DNA of 29,761 bases from Octopus sinensis (Eukaryota), in contig NW_021833152.1 of the NCBI RefSeq assembly GCF_006345805.1, forward strand, positions 1 to 29,761, given 5' to 3'. Position numbers and translations under genes: made by a program. Positions 21,663 through 29,761 of the stretch are shown piece after piece (position 1 is the first letter of the stretch; each line of letters starts with the position of its first letter). A model generated the notes under the pieces. That model searched no databases. It had not been told where the DNA came from and saw nothing but the letters and a program-made list of their open reading frames with translations.

Positions 21663-22759
21663 CATACATGCATACATACATACATGCATACATACATACA
21701 TACATACAAGCATACATACATACATACATGCACACATACATACATACATACATACATACATACATACATACACACATACATGCATGCATACATACATACA
21801 TACATGCATGCATACATACATACATGCATACATGCATAATACATACATACATACATACATATATACATACATGCATACATACATACATGCATACATACAT
21901 ACATACATACATACAAGCATACATACATACATACATGCACACATACATACATACATACATACATACATACATACATACATACATACACACATACATGCAT
22001 GCATACATACATACATACATGCATACATACATACATACATACATACATACATACATGCATGCATACATACATACATACATACATACATGCATAATACATA
22101 CATACATATATACATGCATACATACATACATACATGCATGCATACATACATACATACATGCACACATACATACATACATACATACATACATACATACACA
22201 CATACATGCATGCATACATACATACATACATGCATACATACATACATACATACATACATGCATGCATACATACATACATACATACATACATACATGCATA
22301 ATACATACATACATATATACATGCATACATACATACATACATGCATGCATACATACATACATACATGCATACATACATACATACATACATACATACATGC
22401 ATGCATACATACATACATACATACATACATGCATAATACATACATACATATATACATGCATCATACATACATACATGCATGCATACATACATACATACAT
22501 GCACACTACATACATACATACATACATACATACATACACATACATGCATGCATACTACATACATACATGCATACATACATACATACATACATACATGCAT
22601 GCATACATACATACATCATACATACAACTGCATAATACTACATACATATATACATGCATACATACATACATACATGCATGCATACATACATACATACATA
22701 CATACATACATGCATACATACATACATACATACATACATACATACATACATACATACAT
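21143..22759. repeat. About 1.6-kb compound (CATA)n array with CATG, CGTA and TAATA variants
   Basis: Directly visible; accounts for all the MYVC/HTYI ORFs in this region. Confidence 0.98.
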
Positions 22760-22799
22760 TATTTCTGCTATATAAAAATCCAATGACCGCATGTTGAAG

Positions 22800-23640
22800 A
22801 CTGCAACTGCTAGAGATACCAATGTAACTCGTAATTTCTTCGCGGATGGCCTGAAGTTGTATGTTTAAAATATTAACAATGTCAAAAAAAAACAGCTGGA
22901 GTTAAAGACATTTTCACTTGACATAGGAATAGATTTGACCAAAAGAAGCGTTCGTATTTGGTTACTAAACATGGAAAAATCAGTCCTTCCGCCACTCAAA
23001 ACCTGTGCAACAACCTAGGCGGCAATGATGAAAACATATCTTACGAATTTGTTGTGAATAATGATAAAGTGATCTGAGTCATACAAAAACATGGCAGTCG
23101 GAACTCTCCTCTTACAACAAAACAATTACCCACAATGCATTCGCAGTACCAGTACTGAGACCATCATTTAGGAAACTTTACTGGTCTGTAGAAGAAATCC
23201 CATCCATAGGCATTAAAACCAGTAAGATCCTGACATCAGCTGGAAAGTTCTACAGAAACGGTATTATCAACAGGCTCTAAGAAGTGATTACGGAGGTAGA
23301 AGCTTGAGATCAGTGCAGACAGCCTTCGAATGCAGTAGAGTCACTTTTAGACAGCATCCACTAAACAACAGCAGTAAAAATAAATACATAAGCCTAGTAT
23401 TGCAACGTGAAGTGAGCTCATCGGTGGGCCTTTCTTCCTTACAACCTCACATAAAACTCCAAAACAACTGGACCTCAAAAAATCCTCATGCTAAAAAAGA
23501 AAAAGAAAAAGGCAACACCAATGGATGGGAATATTTCCGGAAGACCTCAAGACAATAGTAATATTCCTATGAAATGCAGCTCCGCTTGGACTCATGACCG
23601 TTACATGATATCTCACCTCGAAGACTATGCATTTATAATT
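22800..23640 (+). mobile_element. Decayed R4/Dong-like non-LTR RT/thumb fragment (different subfamily)
   Basis: NFFADGLKLY, FSLDIGI, NAFAVPVLRPSF..W, KTSKILT, NRL..GGRSLRSV, SAWTHDRYMISHLEDYAF. Confidence 0.75.
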
Positions 23641-23780
23641 TCATCATCTCTAGTAGACGAAAGAGACAGTGAAATCCTTGCAACAAGACTTTCTCAAGTT
23701 CAAAATGGCAATTTGTTTTTCTTATCTACATTCCAGAGATGGAATCTTACTTAAATTGAAAAGGTTTCCAGTTGATCCTG

Positions 23781-23977
23781 TCAATAGAACAGCCAGCTCG
23801 CGAAATTAATGTACAAGTGGCTGAGCACTCCACAGGCACGCATACCATTAACTATGTTTAGGGTATGCGTGTCTGTGGAGTGCTCAGTGTGACACGGCTG
23901 GCTTTCTGAAATACGGGTACTACACATTTTTCCAGCTGAGTGGAGGGGAGCAACGTGAAATAAAGTGTTTTGCTCAA
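23781..23977 (-). mobile_element. Headless family B SINE (body B1, tail T3) with an internal hairpin
   Basis: Reverse complement TTGAGCAAAACACTTTATTTCACGTTGCTCC..CCACTCAGCTGG matches the body of the 475 copy; the downstream tail differs. Confidence 0.78.
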
Positions 23978-24111
23978 ACACACACACACGCACACACACA
24001 CACACACGCACACCACACACACACACACACACACCACACACACCACACGTATGTATGTATGTATGTATGTATGTATGTATGTATGTATGTATGTATGTAT
24101 GTATGTATGTA

Positions 24112-24142
<31 letters not shown>

Positions 24143-24168
24143 ATGTATGTATGTATGTGTGTGTGTAT
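23977..24168. repeat. (CA)n + (TATG)n compound microsatellite
   Basis: Directly visible. Confidence 0.95.
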
Positions 24169-25841
24169 CTGTGTAAAAGACTATAACGGCCTATTTTTGA
24201 ATTGATCTCGCTGAAATTTTACACATAGGTAAAAGACGTAACAGTTGATGCATCAATTAAAATTCATAACATAATCGTTAGTTTCAAAGTGAGATTTGCC
24301 CTTTTAAAATCCGATTTCAATAGCGCTTATTGGCCATCATTCTGCAAATCACATACGAACAGCCGCTATGTTCGTCCAATCAGCATCAAAGCATTGACTG
24401 CATTAACCTTTCTAAGCAATTTCATGAAAGAACGTATGTGATTGCAGTAAAAATCGATATCTTTCTAAAATGAACTGTCCTCAAACACATGAATCCAGGC
24501 ATGTCATTCTGTGTTTAATAAATAAGCTGACACAAACGAGCAAGAAAATAAGGCAATTATTCTGAATAAATAAAAATGAAATAAAATATTAACTTTAACG
24601 AATAAATGGCACTAATTGGCGATCAATCAGCTGTGTGAATATTTTCTCACAACAAAATTCAATTGACAGTAGAAAACGACAAATTGATTGCTAATTGAAC
24701 GTCGAAATTTGGGTGACAAAACTTTAGCTAACAGTTCTTATATAAAACTAAAAGTGAGCGGTATTTTTTGACTTTTGCGTGACTCACTTGATTTGACACG
24801 TACATGTCCATTGTTTATTCTTTAATTCCATTTCATGAAGAAGGAATATTAGTATCAACATTTCAAATTATGAGTTATTTCTTTATCAGTAAACATAATT
24901 GAACGATATTTTGGCAAGTTCTTATCCTTTTTATTAATTTTACAGATCAAATTCTTCGGTTACATTCTAAAAAAAAGCACTATTCGGTCAGTTGTGGTAG
25001 CTTATTCATCCACAAGGTTTGCTACTTTATCGGTCAACATTACATATTGCCGAACCCTATATCCCATTTGAAGTTTTCCGGTTATGTAGACTTAAATAAC
25101 TTTATTTATAAAGAATTTTCATTTCTTCCTAATAGGGTAATTTTAATGCTAACATCTTTTTTTCCCAAACGAAGCCCGGTTTTGGCTGTCTTTCATTTTC
25201 AGGGAAGTCATAGAAACTGTTTCGACTTGCACATTCTTTTTATTTAAATTTCGCACTTACGTGTGATATTTCTTAGAAATACTCTTTACCTTCTGCTACC
25301 TGTCAGTGCACTGGTGTTTGCATCGATCGTTTACATTTTATCACAATTGCACTTTTGGTCGATGGAATATCGATTTTATCGAAATACGTTCTGTCCACGT
25401 CTGCTTATAGAAGTGAATGCTCATTCACAATGGTCCGCATCCATTTGGTGCCATTCGGTGCTTAGAATAACCATTGCAAATAATTGTGCGCTTTAGCGTT
25501 GTGGGAATTTTTTTGTGGGAAATACCATATTTAGTGTTTGCAAACAGCAACAAGGTAAATTTAATTGATTTTTTTAAAGATTCATTCAATTACAGATTTT
25601 CGATAGGATGCCTTGAAAAAGCAAGAGCCACATTGGCAGAAAAAAAAAAACATACAAATGCTTCCGCTTTGCGTTCCTTGCGGGTAAGCGAGTCAGAAGA
25701 ACAATGCGCGTTTCGGCATGCTCGGAGTGGCTGCTTCTACTTCAACCGCCAGAGCATCACAAACAGAAGCGAAATTACACTATTTTAGACTCCAGTCCTA
25801 TCACGAATTACACACCGTCCAATGGACGGGGGAGGCGTTTG

Positions 25842-25844
<3 letters not shown>

Positions 25845-25917
<73 letters not shown>

Positions 25918-25940
25918 GTGTGTGTGTGTGTGTGGTGTGT
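25845..25940. repeat. (AT)n(TG)n microsatellite
   Basis: Directly visible. Confidence 0.95.
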
Positions 25941-26220
25941 GGAGGCCAATAGCCCAGTGGTTAGGGCAGCGGACTCGCGGTTGTAGGATCGCGGTTTCGA
26001 TTCCCGGGCCTTGTGAGTGTTTATTGAGCGAAAACACCTAAAGCTCCACGAGGCTCCGGCATGGGGTGGTGGTGATCTCTGCTGTACTCTTTCATCACTC
26101 TTCTCCTTCTTCTGTTGGCCTGCTCGCTTAGCCAGCGGGTGCGTCATTTGAAGTCTAAAACAATGCGAAGCGCATTGTGACCAGCGATGTGTAGCAACAT
26201 CTGATAGCCTTTCGATTACG

Positions 26221-26224
<4 letters not shown>
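25941..26224 (+). mobile_element. SINE family B (body B2, tail T2)
   Basis: GGAGGCCAATAGCCCAGTGGTTAGGGCAGCGGACTCGCGG...GGTTTCGATTCCC; body shared with the 5039 copy, different tail. Confidence 0.85.
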
Positions 26225-26285
<61 letters not shown>

Positions 26286-26288
26286 ATA

Positions 26289-26556
26289 TATATATTATAT
26301 TAAATTAGAGATAAAACCACTATTAGGCAGGCAAATCAAACAATGAAAAACTTAAGCCAATACATAAAATTGATTAATTATATTATTTTAAATATATATC
26401 AAAAGTATTAAAAGATTAATAAAAGATAATGATTAATCTTTTAATACTTTTGATATATATTTAAAATAATATAAATAATCATTTTATGTATTGGCTTAAG
26501 TTTTCATTGTTTGATTTGCCTAATAGTGGTTTATCTCTAATTTAATATAATATATA
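26289..26556. repeat. Long AT-rich fold-back (132/125-bp arms, 11-nt loop) embedded between (AT)n tracts
   Basis: 26289-26420 is the reverse complement of 26432-26556 apart from small indels (7 nt net) and very few substitutions. Confidence 0.92.
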
Positions 26557-26640
26557 ATTTTTTATAAAATTGGATTCAATCCTAAATCTGATTTTTCCCT
26601 GTAAGTTTGGATTTATTCCCTAATATTTTATTATTAATTT

Positions 26641-26700
<60 letters not shown>

Positions 26701-26710
26701 GATACATACA

Positions 26711-26905
26711 TGTGTGTGTCTGCGTTTGTCACCCACCACCACTTGACAACCGGTGTAGTATGTTTACGTCCCCCTAACTTAGCGTTTCGGCAAAGAAGAA
26801 CGATAGAATGAGTACGAGGCTTAAAAATGAAGTACTTGGGTCCGATTCGTTCGTCTAAGATTCTTCAAGGCGGTGCCTCAGCATAGCTGCAGTTAAAAAT
26901 GACCG
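26711..26905 (+). mobile_element. SINE family C, 3' half
   Basis: CTTGACAACCGGTG..GTTTACGTCCCC.TAACTTAGCG.TTCGGCAAA...AAGGCGGTGCC.CAGCAT. Confidence 0.82.
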
Positions 26906-27017
26906 AGTATGTATGTATGTATGTATGTATGTATGTATGTATGTGTGTGTGTATGTATGCATGCATGCATGTATGTATGTATGTATGTATGTATGTATAT
27001 ATATATATATATATATT

Positions 27018-27084
<67 letters not shown>

Positions 27085-27135
27085 ATATATATATATATAT
27101 ACAGTGAGAGAGAAAGAAAGAGAGAGAGAGAGAGC
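26906..27135. repeat. (TATG)(TA)(CA)(GA) compound microsatellite
   Basis: Directly visible. Confidence 0.95.
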
Positions 27136-27558
27136 AATCAGAGACAGAATGAGGAATGATATTCTTACATAAGTCTTTGTCTTGAGGAACTGATTCAACT
27201 CTATGTACAATAGTTTGCATGCATAATGGAACTAATCGTTTATAATTGGTTAATCAATCAATTGAGCGGACATTCTGTTAGCGAGGTCTATCACGTATAC
27301 AACAAGTAAATTTAAATGTACTAATGTTTATTTTTATGGTCAGTTGTAATAAATAAAAAGAATTTTATATTAATCTTCTGAGTACAAATTTATTATTTTT
27401 TAACATGAATAGTATTAAAAGTGATTTCGAAGTTTCTGTCACCGGGTTCTGATGCATTAAATCAATCTGGCCAATATTTCGAAGTCACTTTGAATAATAC
27501 ACTTGTTAAAGAATTATAAATATATATAAAAATGTATGTTTATATATCCTTACGGATG

Positions 27559-27600
<42 letters not shown>

Positions 27601-27603
27601 CAT

Positions 27604-27650
27604 TTACTTGTTTCAGTCATTTTGACTGCGGCCATGCTGGAGCACCGCCT
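27604..27650 (-). mobile_element. Family C SINE 3' tail fragment
   Basis: TTACTTGTTTCAGTCATTTTGACTGCGGCCATGCTGGAGCACCGCCT is the reverse complement of the C tail. Confidence 0.8.
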
Positions 27651-27769
27651 ATATATATATAGTAATATACATAAGTACATAAGTACAGAAACATACATAT
27701 GTGTCTTTGTGTGTGTGCATGTGTGTGTGTGTGTTGCGTGTGTATACAAACATACTTATTTTATAACAG

Positions 27770-28480
27770 TTGTAGAGTAGGTGCATTTTCTCCTGAAGGT
27801 AGAGTTGGTAAATGCGAGCTTCAGGTGAGTAAATAAAGGCTCTGTCAAACACAACACATTTGATGTTAAGGACGTCATTTAGAATATTCCACTATTTTCA
27901 GATGAAACACAACATATAGAGAGAATTTTCTCTATCCATACCCATGAAAAAGTATAGTATGTATATTACATTAGAGTCGTTAACTTTCATACCCAAGTAT
28001 TTTATTGTGATGGAATCACATGATGTGAGAGTAGCTCAATAGATCACAAACTTTGAGAGACAAGGTCCTCCCAGTGGGCAGCTGATAAAATTTCGACAGT
28101 TACAGAGTATAGTGTGGGATGGAAAGCGTGTTGGTGCGTGCTTACAGCTGTTGAACTAACCTTGATACTATGGAAATTAAAGAGTTTATGATATCAATGT
28201 GTTCTTGAGAAAAGCTTTTTTAATTAGCATCATGAAGTTTCAAGCTATATTAAAGAAAATGGGTAGATCGCATGGAGAATTAAACCAGATTACTTTATCT
28301 TTCTAACATTCTTCAGTTTTGTGGGTAGGGTGAGTTATCCTCCGTGGACACTAACTCATCGGTAAAGTCACTCTTTACTAAAGTTTTATTTTGTGCGGAC
28401 CTGTTGAAGATCTCTTTGTCCTATGGTAGTTGTGAAAACCTTCTACTGATGCCTGTGACTACGTTTCTGATAGCAGCTCA
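27770..28480 (-). mobile_element. Decayed Penelope-like element, post-RT linker plus GIY-YIG region
   Basis: GISRRFSQL..KEIFNRSA, VIWFNSP, HKLFNFHSIKVS, SCPLGGPCLSKFVIY*A..KYLGM, RAFIYSPEARIYQLYLQEKMHLL, in the expected order. Confidence 0.75.
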
Positions 28481-28714
28481 GAATTGTTGAAGTGTCTATA
28501 TATATATATATATAGATATATATATATATATTATATATATTATATGTTTGTGGAATTCTTTCGTTGGGCTTTCTGCTAGTGATACCCTTTACCGGTAAGT
28601 TTAATAGTGGCCCGTCTCGAGTTCTAGGGTTACATACAGGACGTATGTTGTTTACAGTTAGGCTGGTTTTTTTTAAAGATGTTTAAAAGGTTCTTACTGA
28701 AATTATACAGGGCC

Positions 28715-29060
28715 TGGGTTGTGATGGCGAAACCATCATTCCAAACTGTGTAGAGAATCTAGGTTAAATAACAGGATGTGATTAGGGATGTCAGCCGCGC
28801 CGTAGCTTCCCATGAATAGGTAGAACGGCAGGTCACCTTTCTTGCTTATCAAATAAGAACCATTGTGACACAGGACTCCGTCACCATTGAAACGACTTAC
28901 CCCAATATCATGGTGCATCTTTGATTATGCCTTTCTTTACTCACCTGGAGCTCGCAGTTGTTACTTCTACTCCTGTGAGAAACTGCACACACTTCCCCAA
29001 CCCTATGTATACCGCAAAAAAGTTACCTATCTTATTGCTACCAGAATTACACTTTGTTAA
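28715..29060 (+). mobile_element. Decayed Penelope-like element, GIY-YIG C-terminal fragment
   Basis: LGMSAAP, ISWCIFDYAFLYSPGARSCYFYSCEKLH; 28917-28988 matches the reverse complement of 27781-27852 at 51/72 nt by hand. Confidence 0.62.
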
Positions 29061-29434
29061 TGAACGCCAAACCTTTGAGTGCTGAAAACTTAGATATACC
29101 ACTCGGGACTTTGCTCACCCCTTCATAAAAAGAGAGTATAAAATTCCGATAAAGCGCTCCAATATCCTGTCTGCAAAACGTCGACCTAACAACAAAGTAA
29201 CTGATGTCACTATGATATCAAAATCAACAATATGACTTGAAGTGACCAATGGAGGCTTAAATGTTTAGAAGCGATTTTAAATTTCTTTAACTTCCCTCGA
29301 ATCCGTATCCGAAAATCTGATAAGAAAGACGAGCCCTACACCTAGGATACTGAGTATTGTGGACCTGAGTCCACAATACTCAAGAATGCCGAGTGCAACA
29401 TTCTTTTATTTCTTTACTCTTTCGCTCTTTCTCA

Positions 29435-29436
<2 letters not shown>

Positions 29437-29476
<40 letters not shown>

Positions 29477-29510
29477 CACACACACACACACACACACTCA
29501 CACACACACA
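29437..29510. repeat. (CA)n microsatellite
   Basis: Directly visible. Confidence 0.95.
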
Positions 29511-29716
29511 AACGGATACACAAAATTACACACACAAACACACATATGTACATGCGCTCAGACACAGAGTGACACAGACACAGGCATGCAAACACATAAC
29601 AGAAAGTACACATACACATACATATACTAAAATAGGCTCCGAAATAAAAATTTGTGAAAGTGCAATTAGAACATGGCCCCGGATATGTTATAGCTTCTCC
29701 GACAGAATATCAAAGT

Positions 29717-29761
29717 GGAGGCACATGGCCTAGTGGTTAGAGCAGCGGACCCGCGGTCAGG
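29717..29761 (+). mobile_element. Family B SINE head, cut by the window edge
   Basis: GGAGGCACATGGCCTAGTGGTTAGAGCAGCGGACCCGCGGTC resembles the 25941 and 5039 heads. Confidence 0.75.

Noticed and set aside
21038-22822. ORFs of 400-525 aa (MYVC.../HTYI...)
   Set aside because: They are translations of the (CATA)n array, which lacks stops in several frames. The same applies to the many short CV/TH/YI-rich ORFs elsewhere in the track.
27414-27495. 18-bp inverted repeat (16/18) with a 46-nt spacer
   Set aside because: Short, AT-rich and without a TSD; too weak to call an element.
29656-29668. 13-nt match GTGCAATTAGAAC to the mariner subterminal region
   Set aside because: Does not extend on either side; compatible with chance.

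Overview
AT-rich, repeat-saturated eukaryotic DNA with no host gene that I can recognise. The SINE families look like those of Octopus (inference from recall, not a database result). Contents: (1) about 20 tRNA-derived SINE copies or fragments in three families that I label A, B and C, with interchangeable 3' tails; (2) four decayed non-LTR retrotransposon pieces with R4/Dong-like motifs, two of which retain the restriction-like endonuclease (RLE) end; (3) one CR1/L2/Jockey-type RT relic; (4) four Penelope-like element (PLE) pieces; (5) a mariner transposase relic plus a second mariner end; (6) a TTAA-flanked piggyBac-type MITE and two fold-back elements; (7) many microsatellites, including a 1.6-kb (CATA)n array that produces the longest, artefactual ORFs. 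No intact coding gene, CRISPR array or functional RNA gene is supported. The best leads are an unexplained GC-rich coding-like insert inside the PLE RT, two RLE elements docked tail-to-tail in SINE (ATT)n tails, a near-identical 412-bp SINE-mediated tandem duplication, and several perfect fold-back hairpins at or near element junctions. I cannot claim a new biological system. All alignments and translations were done by eye and element boundaries are approximate.
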